A DNA stretch of 45,400 bases from Burkholderiales bacterium (GTDB lineage: Bacteria; Pseudomonadota; Gammaproteobacteria; Burkholderiales; SG8-39): positions 1 to 45,400 of the forward strand of contig JBOIFD010000225.1 in assembly GCA_050741515.1 (NCBI GenBank). The letters run 5' to 3'. The position numbers and the translations under genes were made by a program. The notes under the pieces are model-generated. The model worked only from the letters and a program-made list of their open reading frames with translations, was not told where the DNA came from and ran no database searches. Positions 18,796-30,523 of the stretch are shown in pieces. The stretch's first letter is position 1, and every line of letters starts with the position of its first letter.

Positions 18796-19530
18796 ATGAG
18801 CGTCTCCAGCAACCTTCAGTCGGCGAAGCGGATCCCGCGCCGCGAGCGGCTGATCGTGGCGCTCGACGTGCCGCGCGCGGACGAGGCGCGGGCGCTCGTC
18901 GCGCAGCTCGGCGAGGCCGCCGCGTTCTACAAGGTCGGTCTCGAGCTCTTCCTGGCGGGCGGCTGCTTCGAGCTGGTCGAGTGGCTGGTCGCGAACGACA
19001 AGCGCGTCTTCGTCGACCTCAAGTTCTTCGACGTGCCCGAGACGGTGCGCGGCGCGATGCGGGCCTTGCGCGGGCGCGGCGTCACGGCCACGACGGTGCA
19101 CGGGAACCAGGCCATGATGGCAGCCGCGGCGGCGGAGAAGGGCGAAGTGAAGCTCCTGGCGGTCACGGTGCTCACGAGCCTCGATCGCGGCGACCTCGAC
19201 GACCTCGGCTTCCAGTGCGACGTGGAGCGGCTCGTGCTCTCGCGCGCGCGCCGCGCCCTCGAGGCGGGTTGCGATGGCGTGATCTCCTCGGGGCTCGAGG
19301 CGCCGCTGCTGAAGCGGGAGCTCGGCGAGCGGATTCTGGTCGTCACGCCCGGTATCCGGCCGGTGGAGAACCGCCCGGCGGACGACCAGAAACGCGCCGT
19401 CGATGTCGCACAGGCGTTCGCGAACGGCGCCGACTATGTCGTCGTCGGTCGCCCGATCCGGCAGGCGGCCGATCCGCGCGCCGCGGCGGAGAGGATCCAG
19501 GCGACGATCGCTTCGATCTTTGCGGCCTAG
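18796..19530 (+). CDS. pyrF: Orotidine 5'-phosphate decarboxylase
   Basis: ...RLIVALDVPRADEARALV...FYKVGLELF...VFVDLKFFDVPETV...VVGRPI... I prefer the ATG at 18796 (MSVSSNLQS). The track start at 18730 adds an Arg-rich extension. Confidence 0.9.
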   Translation: MSVSSNLQSAKRIPRRERLIVALDVPRADEARALVAQLGEAAAFYKVGLELFLAGGCFELVEWLVANDKRVFVDLKFFDVPETVRGAMRALRGRGVTATTVHGNQAMMAAAAAEKGEVKLLAVTVLTSLDRGDLDDLGFQCDVERLVLSRARRALEAGCDGVISSGLEAPLLKRELGERILVVTPGIRPVENRPADDQKRAVDVAQAFANGADYVVVGRPIRQAADPRAAAERIQATIASIFAA

Positions 19531-20125
19531 GCGGGGGGTACTTGAAGGTGCCGCGCCAGGCCCCGAGGACCCGGTTCGGGTAGTCGGGGTGGCCGAGGCT
19601 GCCGTTGTAGCGGCCGAGCGCGCGATACAGGTTTCCCTTCTCGAGATTGAGGTAGTGGCGGAGGATGACGCAGCCGTAGCGGATGTTGGTCCGCAGGTGG
19701 AAGAGGTTGTCGTCCTTCCGGCCGATCAGCTCGACCCAGAACGGCATCACCTGCATCAGCCCGCGGGCGCCGGCCTTCGACACGGCGTACTTCTTGAAGC
19801 CGCTTTCGACGTGGACCACGCCGAGCACGAGCTGCGGATCCAGTCCGGCACGGGTCGCCTCGTAGTGCACGGTCTTCAGGAGCTCCACGCGAGACTTCTC
19901 GTCGGGAACGCGCTTCGCGAGCCGGTCGGACATCGCGAGCAGCCACCTGTAGCCGTCCCCGGGATCGGCGAACTCGAGCTGCGGCACGCCCTTGTCGCTG
20001 ATCGCGCGCGACAGGGCCGTCTGGACGCTCGCCGAGAGCGGCTCGTACTCCTGTGCGCCGCCCCGGGCGCCCAGCGGCGCGAGCGCTGCTCCGAGAACGG
20101 TGGCGAGAGCTACGAGCTTTCGCAC
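19343..20125 (-). CDS. Lytic transglycosylase (SLT domain), secreted
   Basis: The GTG at 20125 gives a signal peptide, (M)[24 protein letters not shown]. The SLT catalytic block is [28 protein letters not shown]. No in-frame stop occurs until 19343, so the ORF tail runs antisense through the last 188 nt of pyrF. Confidence 0.75.
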   Translation of the reverse strand: MRKLVALATVLGAALAPLGARGGAQEYEPLSASVQTALSRAISDKGVPQLEFADPGDGYRWLLAMSDRLAKRVPDEKSRVELLKTVHYEATRAGLDPQLVLGVVHVESGFKKYAVSKAGARGLMQVMPFWVELIGRKDDNLFHLRTNIRYGCVILRHYLNLEKGNLYRALGRYNGSLGHPDYPNRVLGAWRGTFKYPPPRPQRSKRSSPGSSPPRRADRPPAGSGDRRRHSRRRSRTPVRHRRRVSGRPPGGSPPAGYRA

Positions 20126-21828
20126 AGCTTGTCGTTCAGGAAGCCGGCCGCAGCGGCGTTCGGGATCGGAGTGGGGGACGGGTCCCGGCGGCCCTGATAC
20201 TCGATTTTCCCGTCCTTCAGCCCGCGTTCGCCGATCACGACGCGATGTGGAATGCCGATGAGTTCGGCGTCGGCGAGCAGCACCCCCGGCCGCTCGTCGC
20301 GGTCGTCGAGCAGCACGTCGACGCTGGCGGCCAAGAGCGCTTGGTGCAGGTCGTCGGCGGCCCGCCGGACGGCGTCGCTGCGACGGTAGCCGAGCGGCAC
20401 GATCGCCAGCCGGAACGGGGCGATCGGATCGGGCCAGATGATCCCGCGGTCGTCGTGGTTCTGCTCGATCGCGGCGCCGACGATGCGCGTCACGCCGATG
20501 CCGTAGCAGCCCATCTCGAAGAAGCAGGCCTTCCCCTCCTCGTCGAGGAAGGTGGCTTTCATCGACCTCGAGTACCGGGTGCGGAGCTGGAAGATGTGGC
20601 CGACCTCGATGCCGCGCACGATCTCGAGGGCGCCCTTGCCGTCCGGGCTGGGATCGCCCGGCACGACCCTCCGGATGTCGGCGACGAGCGCCGGCTCCGG
20701 AGAATCGCGGCCGAAGTTCACACCGCGCAGGTGATAGCCCTCCTCGTTCGCGCCGCACACGAAATCGGCCATCACCGCGACGCTGCGGTCGGCGATCACG
20801 CGGATGCCCGCGTCGATCCCCATCGGGCCGATGTACCCGGGCTTGCAACCCAGGTGCCGCTCGATCTCGGCGTCGGTGGCGAACCGGAACGGGTCGAGGT
20901 CCGGCAGCTTCTGCGCCTTGGTCTCGTTCAGCTCGTGGTCGCCCCGGATGAGCAGCAGATTGAACGCCTCACCGTGCATCACGGCGATCGCCTTGACCGT
21001 CCGCGCGAGCGGCAGCCCGAGCAACGCCGCGACGTCTTCGCACCGCGTCTTCCCCGGGGTCGGCACCTTCGCCAGCTTCTCGGCGGCGGGGGGACGGGCC
21101 GTCGCCGGCGCGACCGCCTCGGCAAGCTCGACGTTCGCCGCGTAGTCCGACTGCGGGCTATAGGCGATCGCATCCTCGCCGGAATCCGCGAGCACATGGA
21201 ACTCGTGCGACCCGGTGCCGCCGATGGTGCCGGTGTCCGCAGCCACCGCGCGAAACCTCAGCCCGAGACGGCCGAAGATCCGCCGGTAGGTGTCGTACAT
21301 GTTCTGGTACTCGCGCTGCAGGTCGGCATGGTCGACGTGGAAGGAATAGCCGTCCTTCATCGTGAACTCGCGGCCGCGCATCACGCCGAACCGCGGACGG
21401 ATCTCGTCGCGGAACTTGGTCTGGATCTGGTAGAAGTGGACCGGCAGCTGGCGGTAGCTCCGCAGGTCGCGGCGCGCGATGTCGGTGATCACCTCCTCGT
21501 GGGTCGGCCCGATGCAGAAGTCGCGCTCGTGGCGGTCCTTGAGGCGCAGGAGCTCGGGGCCGTACTTCTGCCAGCGCTCCGATTCCTGCCAGAGCTCCGC
21601 CGGCTGGACTGCCGGCATGAAGAGCTCGATCGCGCCTGCGCGGTTCATCTCCTCCCGGATGACCGCCTCGACCTTCCGCACCACCCGCAGGCCGAGCGGC
21701 ATCCAGGTATAGATCCCGCCGGCAAGGCGCCGGATCAGGCCGGCGCGCAGCATCAGCTTGTGGCTGACGATCTCGGCGTCCGCCGGCGCCTCCTTGAGCG
21801 TCGACAGGAAGAACTGCGATACCCGCAT
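20110..21828 (-). CDS. proS: Prolyl-tRNA synthetase
   Basis: [49 protein letters not shown]...[26 protein letters not shown]... Confidence 0.95.
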   Translation of the reverse strand: MRVSQFFLSTLKEAPADAEIVSHKLMLRAGLIRRLAGGIYTWMPLGLRVVRKVEAVIREEMNRAGAIELFMPAVQPAELWQESERWQKYGPELLRLKDRHERDFCIGPTHEEVITDIARRDLRSYRQLPVHFYQIQTKFRDEIRPRFGVMRGREFTMKDGYSFHVDHADLQREYQNMYDTYRRIFGRLGLRFRAVAADTGTIGGTGSHEFHVLADSGEDAIAYSPQSDYAANVELAEAVAPATARPPAAEKLAKVPTPGKTRCEDVAALLGLPLARTVKAIAVMHGEAFNLLLIRGDHELNETKAQKLPDLDPFRFATDAEIERHLGCKPGYIGPMGIDAGIRVIADRSVAVMADFVCGANEEGYHLRGVNFGRDSPEPALVADIRRVVPGDPSPDGKGALEIVRGIEVGHIFQLRTRYSRSMKATFLDEEGKACFFEMGCYGIGVTRIVGAAIEQNHDDRGIIWPDPIAPFRLAIVPLGYRRSDAVRRAADDLHQALLAASVDVLLDDRDERPGVLLADAELIGIPHRVVIGERGLKDGKIEYQGRRDPSPTPIPNAAAAGFLNDKLCESS

Positions 21829-21983
21829 CGCGACGAGCCCCGGAAAAGGGTCGAATTCTAGCCCGGATGCTTCGCGGGGCCGCCCCGCGAAGCCGGGCGC
21901 CGCGCCGCGCGCCCACAGCGTGCTTTCCAGCCCCGGGGAAGTGTGAAAAAATGGCCGCGGACAATCAAGCTACGGAGTCGGTC

Positions 21984-22502
21984 ATGCTCGACCGCGAGGG
22001 CTACCGCCCGAACGTCGGCATCGTCCTCTGCAACCACAAGAACGAGGTCTTCTGGGGCAAGCGCGTACACGAGCACTCCTGGCAGTTCCCGCAAGGCGGG
22101 ATCAAGCACGGCGAGACGCCGGAGCAGGCGATGTACCGGGAGCTGCACGAGGAGGTGGGCTTGCACTCCGACCACGTGCGGATTCTCGGGCGAACGCGCG
22201 GGTGGCTGCGGTATGAAGTGCCGGCGGAGTGGATCAAGCGCGAGTGGCGCGGCAGCTACCGGGGCCAGAAGCAGATCTGGTTCCTGCTGCGCCTCGTCGG
22301 GCGGGACTGCGACGTTCAGCTGCGCGCGAGCGAGCGACCCGAGTTCGACGCCTGGCGCTGGAGCGAGTACTGGGTGCCGCTCGAGAGCGTGATCGAGTTC
22401 AAGCGGGACGTGTATCAGCAGGCGCTGACCGAGCTGGCCCGGTTCCTCATCCGCGACCACCGCCGGCACGACCGGGCGCGCCCCCTGCGCGAGCCGCGCT
22501 AG
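21984..22502 (+). CDS. rppH: RNA pyrophosphohydrolase (Nudix)
   Basis: [27 protein letters not shown]...[28 protein letters not shown] is the Nudix box. A GGAG lies 6 nt before the ATG at 21984. Confidence 0.9.
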   Translation: MLDREGYRPNVGIVLCNHKNEVFWGKRVHEHSWQFPQGGIKHGETPEQAMYRELHEEVGLHSDHVRILGRTRGWLRYEVPAEWIKREWRGSYRGQKQIWFLLRLVGRDCDVQLRASERPEFDAWRWSEYWVPLESVIEFKRDVYQQALTELARFLIRDHRRHDRARPLREPR

Positions 22503-22548
22503 CGCGGGCCGCGGGCGTCTGCCCGCCCGCGCCGCCAGGAGATCCACG

Positions 22549-23139
22549 ATGACCCTCGACTACGCCGCCCTCCCGCTCCGGCCGCTGGAGAGCGGCGCGC
22601 GGCTGCGCCCGGCGACGCCGCACAGCGGCGAGCGGCTGACCCTCGACTCGCGCGCGCTGTCGCTGATGACCGACTTCGCGATCGTCCCGGCGGCGACGAT
22701 CGAGCCCCACGCCTCGGTCGACGACGCCAACCGGTCCATGATCCGGCGCGGCGTGCGCTCGCTGATCGTGATCGACCACGACCGTCGCGTGCTCGGCATC
22801 ATCACCGCGAACGACGTCCTCGGCGAGCGGCCGATGCAGATCGCGCTGGAGCGCAACGTGAAGCACCACGAGCTCCCGGTGCGCGAGATCATGACCCCGA
22901 GCGAGCGGATGGAGGCGCTGCCGATCGACGCTCTGCTCGACGCCAAGATCGGCCATCTGGTCGCAACGCTCCGCAAGGCCGGCCGCCAGCACGCGCTCGT
23001 GGTCGAAAGGGGACCGGGCGGCGACGTCGTGCGCGGGATCTTCTCGTTGACGCAGATCGCGGCCCAGCTCGGGATCAGCATCGAGACGAGCGCCGTGGCG
23101 GGGACCTTCGCCGAGGTGGAGGCTGCGCTGATCCGATAG
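22549..23139 (+). CDS. CBS domain-containing protein
   Basis: A tandem CBS pattern is present: ...IRRGVRSLIVIDHDRRVLGIITANDVLGE... and ...KAGRQHALVVERGPGGDVVRGIFSLTQI... Confidence 0.75.
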   Translation: MTLDYAALPLRPLESGARLRPATPHSGERLTLDSRALSLMTDFAIVPAATIEPHASVDDANRSMIRRGVRSLIVIDHDRRVLGIITANDVLGERPMQIALERNVKHHELPVREIMTPSERMEALPIDALLDAKIGHLVATLRKAGRQHALVVERGPGGDVVRGIFSLTQIAAQLGISIETSAVAGTFAEVEAALIR

Positions 23140-23152
23140 CCCCCCGCGAGGC

Positions 23153-23182
23153 TTGACAGGGGGACCGTGTCGGAACTACAGT
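23153..23182 (+). promoter_or_regulatory. Sigma70 promoter candidate for the rubrerythrin operon (TTGACA-18 nt-TACAGT)
   Basis: There is a consensus -35 at 23153-23158 and a -10 at 23177-23182, about 60 nt before the ATG. Confidence 0.55.
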
Positions 23183-23192
23183 GGGTCCATCA

Positions 23193-23209
23193 TTTAGAGC
23201 AAGTCTAAA
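23193..23209. promoter_or_regulatory. AT-rich palindrome TTTAGA-N5-TCTAAA just downstream of the -10; candidate operator
   Basis: Perfect 6-bp inverted arms were read directly. The palindrome lies around the predicted transcription start. A second inverted repeat, GGACC-N17-GGTCC (23162..23188), brackets the -10. Confidence 0.35.
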
Positions 23210-23240
23210 GCCCCGATCCTCGGCAACAAAGGAGATTCCC

Positions 23241-23663
23241 ATGGCAGCACTGAAAGGTTCGAAGACCGAACAGAATCTCAAGGACGCGTTCTCCGGCGAA
23301 TCCCAGGCGAACCGCCGCTACCTCTACTTCGCGAACAAGGCGGACGTGGAAGGCCAGAACGACGTCTCGGCCGTGTTCCGCTCGACCGCTGAAGGCGAGA
23401 CCGGCCACGCGCACGGGCACCTGGAGTATCTCGAGCAGGTCGGCGATCCGGCGACCGGGCTGCCGATCGGCCGCACGCGCGAGAACCTGAAAGCCGCGAT
23501 CGCAGGCGAGACCCACGAGTACACCGACATGTACCCGGGCATGGCGAAGCAGGCCCGCCAGGAAGGCTTCGAGGAGATCGCCGACTGGTTCGAGACGCTC
23601 GCCAAGGCGGAGCGCTCGCACGCGAACCGCTTCCAGAAGGCCCTCGACGCGCTCGCGGACTGA
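23241..23663 (+). CDS. Rubrerythrin-family diiron protein (no rubredoxin domain)
   Basis: [31 protein letters not shown]...[14 protein letters not shown]...[12 protein letters not shown]...[11 protein letters not shown] contains the ExxH diiron motifs. An AAGGAG SD lies 6 nt before the ATG at 23241. Confidence 0.85.
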   Translation: MAALKGSKTEQNLKDAFSGESQANRRYLYFANKADVEGQNDVSAVFRSTAEGETGHAHGHLEYLEQVGDPATGLPIGRTRENLKAAIAGETHEYTDMYPGMAKQARQEGFEEIADWFETLAKAERSHANRFQKALDALAD

Positions 23664-23686
23664 GCCTGAAGGCGCGCGTCCCACCG

Positions 23687-23709
23687 CCGGAGCGGCCCCG
23701 CCGCTCCGG
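23687..23709 (+). other. Perfect 10-bp GC-rich stem-loop between the rubrerythrin and Fe-S genes
   Basis: Sequence is CCGGAGCGGC-CCC-GCCGCTCCGG, with no U-tract. It could be an intra-operon attenuator or an mRNA-stabilising hairpin. Confidence 0.4.
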
Positions 23710-23736
23710 TCCGCAGCCACCGCCCATCCCCGGCGC

Positions 23737-25065
23737 ATGAGCGTCCGCGAAGGCAGTCTCGAGGCCCCGACCCGCCACCCCCTCGACTGGCAGTCGGGCG
23801 AGTTCTACGACGAGGAGCGGCTCCACGGCGAGCTCCACCGCGTCTTCGACATCTGCCACGGCTGCCGGCGCTGCGTCAGCCTGTGCACCGCGTTTCCGAC
23901 CCTCTTCGACCTGATCGACGCGGGCCGCACCGGCGAGCTCGACGCGGTCGGGCGGCAGGATTACTGGAAGGTCGTGGACCAGTGCTATCTCTGCGACCTC
24001 TGCTACATGACCAAGTGCCCCTACGTGCCGCCGCATCCGTGGAACGTCGATTTCCCGCATCTGATGCTGCGCGCGAAGGCGGTGAAATTCCGCAACGGCG
24101 AGGTCCGCGCCCGCGACCGGCTGCTGTCGAGCACCGACGCGATCGGGAAGCTTGCGGCGATCCCGGTGGTGGCGCAGACCGTCAACGCGCTGAACCGGAA
24201 CGCCGCGGCGCGGTCGGTGATGGAGAAAACGCTCGGCGTCCATCGCGAGCGGAAGCTGCCGCCGTACGCGGCGAGCCGCTTCCGCAGCCGCGCTCCCGCG
24301 AGCCGGCCGCACCCGGTTCGCGACGGCAAACGCACGCCGGGCAAGGTGGCGATCTTCGCCACCTGTTACGTGAACTACAACGAGCCGGGGATCGGAGGCG
24401 ATCTGCTGAAGGTCCTCGACCACAACGAGATCCCGTACGTGCTCGTCGCGCGCGAGGCTTGCTGCGGCATGCCGAAGCTCGAGCTCGGCGACCTCGAAGG
24501 GGTGGCGCGGCTCAAGGACGTGAACATCCCGCCGCTCGTCGAGCTCGCCCGCGCAGGCTATGCGATCCTGACGGCGGTGCCGTCCTGTACGCTCATGTTC
24601 AAGACCGAGCTTCCGCTGCTGTTCCCCGATGACGCCGACGTCAAGGCGGTCTCAGACGCCATGTTCGACCCGTTCGAATACCTGGTGCTCCGCAATCGCG
24701 ACGGTCTGCTCAAGAACGACTTCAAGCATGCCCTGGGCAAGGTTGCGTATCACATTCCCTGCCACGCCCGCGTGCAGAACATCGGGCAGAAGACGCGCGG
24801 GCTGCTCGAGCTGGTGCCCGGCACGACGGTGACGACGGTCGAGCGGTGCTCGGGCCACGACGGCACCTGGGGCGTGAAGACGGAGTACTACGCCAACTCG
24901 ATGAAGATCGGTCGCCCGGTTTTCCGGGCGATGGCCGACCCTGACCCCGATTACATCAGCTCCGACTGCCCGATCGCCGCGCGGCACATCGAGCAGGGCA
25001 TGGGCGAGACGCGAGCGCGGCGCGAGCATCCGCTCGCGCTCGTTCGCATGGCTTACGGGCTCTGA
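23737..25065 (+). CDS. (Fe-S)-binding oxidoreductase, HdrD/GlpC-like, with CCG domains
   Basis: Two ferredoxin-like Cys clusters are present ([11 protein letters not shown]; [13 protein letters not shown]). C-terminal Cys-rich CCG-type motifs follow (CCGMP, PSCTL, PCH). Confidence 0.8.
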   Translation: MSVREGSLEAPTRHPLDWQSGEFYDEERLHGELHRVFDICHGCRRCVSLCTAFPTLFDLIDAGRTGELDAVGRQDYWKVVDQCYLCDLCYMTKCPYVPPHPWNVDFPHLMLRAKAVKFRNGEVRARDRLLSSTDAIGKLAAIPVVAQTVNALNRNAAARSVMEKTLGVHRERKLPPYAASRFRSRAPASRPHPVRDGKRTPGKVAIFATCYVNYNEPGIGGDLLKVLDHNEIPYVLVAREACCGMPKLELGDLEGVARLKDVNIPPLVELARAGYAILTAVPSCTLMFKTELPLLFPDDADVKAVSDAMFDPFEYLVLRNRDGLLKNDFKHALGKVAYHIPCHARVQNIGQKTRGLLELVPGTTVTTVERCSGHDGTWGVKTEYYANSMKIGRPVFRAMADPDPDYISSDCPIAARHIEQGMGETRARREHPLALVRMAYGL

Positions 25066-25067
25066 GC

Positions 25068-25652
25068 ATGCCGAAGATCGAGCGTGGCAGCCTGCTTTCC
25101 CTCGAGGCCTACGCCAAGCAGCGCGACGCATTCCGCGCGAAGGTGATCGCGCACAAGAAGCAGCGGAAAGTCCAGCTCGGCGAGCACCTCACGCTCGACT
25201 TCGAGGACGCGCTTACGATCCGCTATCAGATCCAGGAGATGCTGCGGGTGGAGCGGATCTTCGAGGAGGACGGCATCCAGGGCGAGCTCGACGCGTACAA
25301 TCCGCTGGTCCCGGACGGCCGCAACCTCAAGGCAACGATGCTGCTCGAGTATCCCGATCCGGAGGAACGCAAGCACGCGCTCGCGCGCCTGAAAGGCATC
25401 GCGGACCGGGTGTGGGTCCGGGTCGCCGACTTCGCGAAGGTGCTCGCCGTGGCCGACGAGGATCTCGAGCGCGAGAACGAGGAGAAGACCTCGTCGGTGC
25501 ACTTCCTGCGCTTCGAGCTCAGCGACGGGATGGCGGAGGCGCTGAAGTCGGGCGCGGCCTTCGCCGTCGGGGTGGATCATCCGCAGTATCGCGCCGGGAT
25601 CCCGGCGGTCCCGCCGGCCGTGCGCGACTCTCTTGCTGGTGATCTCGCATGA
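25068..25652 (+). CDS. DUF3501 family protein
   Basis: MPKIERGSLLSLEAYAKQRDAFRAKVIAHKKQRKVQLGEHLTLDFEDALTIRYQIQEMLRVERI... It sits in the conserved position after the HdrD-like gene. Confidence 0.7.
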   Translation: MPKIERGSLLSLEAYAKQRDAFRAKVIAHKKQRKVQLGEHLTLDFEDALTIRYQIQEMLRVERIFEEDGIQGELDAYNPLVPDGRNLKATMLLEYPDPEERKHALARLKGIADRVWVRVADFAKVLAVADEDLERENEEKTSSVHFLRFELSDGMAEALKSGAAFAVGVDHPQYRAGIPAVPPAVRDSLAGDLA

Positions 25653-26206
25653 GGCGCGCGCTCGGCGTTGCGCTTGTTGCCATGACTTCAGCCGGACCGA
25701 TTGCGACCGCGCAGGAGCCGAAGGACACCGGCGCGGCGGCAACGACATTCGACACGGCGCCGTGGCAGGAGCAGCGGGTGACGCTCCCGCTCTACCCGAA
25801 GGAGGAGCGCCTCATCCGGTTTGACACCGGGCCGGCCAGCACGCTCCGCTTCTTCGTCGATCGCGATTCGCTCTCGGTCGGCGAGGACGGGGTGGTCCGG
25901 TTCACCCTGGTCGCGAAGTCCGACGAAGCGACGAACGTCTCGTACGAGGGCATCCGCTGCTCGATGCGCGAGCGCAAGGTCTACGCATACGGTCAGCCCG
26001 ACGGCGCCTGGCGCGAGGCGCGCGCTGCGCAGTGGGTGCGGATCGGACCGCCGGTGACGGACCTCCACCGGTTCGTGCTCTGGGACGACTACTTCTGCCC
26101 CGGGCGGGCGCCCATCCGCACCGCGAACGAGGGCGTCGATGCGCTCCGGCTCGGTGGTCACCCGCGGGCGCGCGAGTTCCAGTCGGACTATCCGGTCGCC
26201 AGATAG
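25649..26206 (+). CDS. CNP1-like family secreted protein
   Basis: A signal peptide, MRRALGVALVAMTSAGPIATAQ, is followed by ...FFVDRDSLSVGEDGVVRFTLV...YEGIRC...RKVYAYG... The start overlaps the DUF3501 stop (ATGA). Confidence 0.6.
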   Translation: MRRALGVALVAMTSAGPIATAQEPKDTGAAATTFDTAPWQEQRVTLPLYPKEERLIRFDTGPASTLRFFVDRDSLSVGEDGVVRFTLVAKSDEATNVSYEGIRCSMRERKVYAYGQPDGAWREARAAQWVRIGPPVTDLHRFVLWDDYFCPGRAPIRTANEGVDALRLGGHPRAREFQSDYPVAR

Positions 26207-28380
<2,174 letters not shown>

Positions 28381-28401
28381 CTCGTGGCGGAGCGCCTCCG
28401 T

Positions 28402-28659
28402 TCAGACCGGGATCACGCTCACGACGTGGTGTCCCGCCGGGCCCCGCGCGCCGAACTGGATACGCCCGGTCACCTTGGCGAACAGCGTGTGGTCCCTGCC
28501 GATACCGACATTGTCGCCGGGATGCACGCGCGTGCCGCGTTGCCGCACGATGATGCTCCCCGCGGACACGACCTCGCCGCCGAAGCGCTTCACGCCGAGC
28601 CGCTTCGACTGGGAATCACGGCCGTTGCGGGAACTTCCGCCCGCCTTCTTGTGTGCCAT
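28402..28659 (-). CDS. rpmA: 50S ribosomal protein L27
   Basis: [43 protein letters not shown]... Confidence 0.97.
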   Translation of the reverse strand: MAHKKAGGSSRNGRDSQSKRLGVKRFGGEVVSAGSIIVRQRGTRVHPGDNVGIGRDHTLFAKVTGRIQFGARGPAGHHVVSVIPV

Positions 28660-28689
28660 GTCTGCCTCTCTTTGCCGGTGCGATTTCCG

Positions 28690-29001
28690 TCAGCCGGAGA
28701 TGCCGGTGATCTGCAGCTCCGTGTACTGCTGGCGATGCCCTTGCGATTTCTTGTAGTGCTTCCGGCGCCGCAGCTTGAAGATCCGCACCTTGTCGTGCCG
28801 GCCGTGCGCGACGACCGTCGCCTTCACCGCGGCCCCCGGCAGCACCGGCGTGCCGCACTTCACCGCCTCGCCCTCGCCGATCGCGAGCACCTGGTCGAGG
28901 ACGACCTCGGCGCCGACCTCCGCCCGGAGCTTCTCCACCCTCAGCTTGTCGCCCGCGGCGACGCGATACTGCTTGCCGCCGGTCCTGATCACTGCGTACA
29001 T
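28690..29001 (-). CDS. rplU: 50S ribosomal protein L21
   Basis: [25 protein letters not shown]...[26 protein letters not shown]... Confidence 0.97.
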   Translation of the reverse strand: MYAVIRTGGKQYRVAAGDKLRVEKLRAEVGAEVVLDQVLAIGEGEAVKCGTPVLPGAAVKATVVAHGRHDKVRIFKLRRRKHYKKSQGHRQQYTELQITGISG

Positions 29002-29121
29002 CGTGCGCTCCGGGAAGAAAGCCTTAGAAAACCGCGCATTATACGCACCACTCCAGGGGTCGTCAAAGGCACCTTGTGCTACTCTTCGGCGGCCCGGCCC
29101 GCTGCCGGCCCACCCGCCGCC

Positions 29122-30096
29122 GTGTCTGTTTCACTCGACCCCATTCGCACCCTGATCGCCGGCGACATGGAGGCGGTCGACGCGCTGATCCGCCGCCGCC
29201 TCGCCTCCGACGTGGCGCTGGTGCGCCAGGTGGCCGAGTACATCATCGCGAGCGGGGGCAAGCGCCTGCGCCCGACGCTCCTGCTGCTCGCGGCCGGGAG
29301 CTGCGGCTACCGCGGCGCGCACCACCACGAGCTCGCGGCAGTCGTCGAGTTCATCCACACCGCGACCCTTCTGCACGACGACGTCGTCGACGAGTCGGAG
29401 CTGCGCCGCGGGCGCGCGACCGCGAACGGGGAATTCGGCAATGCCGCCGCCGTCCTGGTGGGCGACTTTCTGTACTCGCGCGCGTTTCAGATGATGGTGA
29501 ACGTGAAGAGCATGCGCGTGATGGAGGTGCTGGCGGATGCGACCAACACCATCGCCGAGGGGGAAGTGATGCAGCTCCTCAACGTCCACAACGCCGACGT
29601 CGGCGAGGCCGCCTACCTCGAGGTGGTCCGGCGCAAGACGGCGCGGCTGTTCGAGGCGTCGGCACGCCTCGGGGCCATTCTCGGCGCGGCCCCGCCGGAG
29701 ATCGAGGAGAGCCTGGCCACCTACGGGATGCACCTCGGCACGGCGTTCCAGCTCGTCGACGACGTGCTGGACTACTCGGGAGACCTTCACGAAACCGGCA
29801 AGAATCTCGGCGACGATCTGAGCGAGGGCAAACCGACCCTGCCGCTCATCTACGTCATGCAGCGCGGCACGCCGGTGCAGGCCGAAACCGTGCGCCGCGC
29901 GATCGAGCGTGGCGGCCGCGACGCCTTTGCCGCGGTCATCGCGGCGATCCACGCCACGGGCGCGCTCGACCGGGCGCGTGATCAGGCCCGCCGTGAGGCG
30001 ACCGCGGCATGCGACGCGCTCGCGGCCGTCGGCGATTCGACCTACAAGCAGTCTCTGTTACACTTGGCGGCCTTCGCGGTCGAGCGTAACTATTGA
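29122..30096 (+). CDS. ispB: Octaprenyl diphosphate synthase
   Basis: ...[15 protein letters not shown]...[16 protein letters not shown] (DDxxD) ...[10 protein letters not shown]... The GTG at 29122 gives a typical length. The gene is divergent from rplU, as in other proteobacteria. A TTG at 29074 is an alternative start. Confidence 0.88.
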   Translation: MSVSLDPIRTLIAGDMEAVDALIRRRLASDVALVRQVAEYIIASGGKRLRPTLLLLAAGSCGYRGAHHHELAAVVEFIHTATLLHDDVVDESELRRGRATANGEFGNAAAVLVGDFLYSRAFQMMVNVKSMRVMEVLADATNTIAEGEVMQLLNVHNADVGEAAYLEVVRRKTARLFEASARLGAILGAAPPEIEESLATYGMHLGTAFQLVDDVLDYSGDLHETGKNLGDDLSEGKPTLPLIYVMQRGTPVQAETVRRAIERGGRDAFAAVIAAIHATGALDRARDQARREATAACDALAAVGDSTYKQSLLHLAAFAVERNY

Positions 30097-30126
30097 GCAG
30101 CCGGCGCCGCCGCATTCCTCCCGGAT

Positions 30127-30203
30127 CGGGGTGTAGCTCAGCCTGGTAGAGTACTGCGTTCGGGACGCAGGTGTCGCTGGTTCGAATCCAGTCACCCCGA
30201 CCA
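30127..30203 (+). tRNA. tRNA-Pro (anticodon CGG), with encoded CCA
   Basis: Cloverleaf read by hand. The acceptor is CGGGGTG/CACCCCG and the D arm is GCTC..GAGT. The anticodon stem CTGCG/CGCAG carries the loop TTCGGGA. The T arm is GCTGG-TTCGAAT-CCAGT, followed by discriminator A and CCA. Confidence 0.9.
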
Positions 30204-30304
30204 CCCCCTCGCCCCGCTCGCGGCGCGCGACGTCCGAAGTGTCACACTGCCCGCACCGCCGCCCGAGCCACGCGGGGCGCGGCCACATATAATCGTTCCG
30301 CCCA

Positions 30305-30523
30305 ATGAGCAAGCTGCTGATCGTCGTCGTCGCGGCGCTCGTCCTCTACTTCCTGTGGAGAGGATTGCGGCGCGATGCGGGCGCGCGGAAGGACCCGGGC
30401 GCCGACGGTGAGCGCATGGTGGACTGCGGCCAATGCGGCGTGCACCTGCCGCTCTCCGAAGCGATCCAGTCGCAGGGACGGTACTTCTGCTCCGAGGAGC
30501 ACCGCCGCCTCTTCAGCCGGTGA
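30305..30523 (+). CDS. PP0621-family small protein (N-terminal TM, C-terminal Cys/His motif)
   Basis: MSKLLIVVVAALVLYFLWRGL...VDCGQCGVHLPLSEAIQSQGRYFCSEEHRRL. The stop overlaps the kinase start (GTGA). Confidence 0.7.
   Translation: MSKLLIVVVAALVLYFLWRGLRRDAGARKDPGADGERMVDCGQCGVHLPLSEAIQSQGRYFCSEEHRRLFSR

Noticed and set aside
30127-30304. tRNA-Pro as a possible integration site for a genomic island.
   Set aside because: No integrase follows it, there is no direct repeat of the tRNA 3' end, and there is no compositional break. The downstream genes are a conserved two-component module and ampD.
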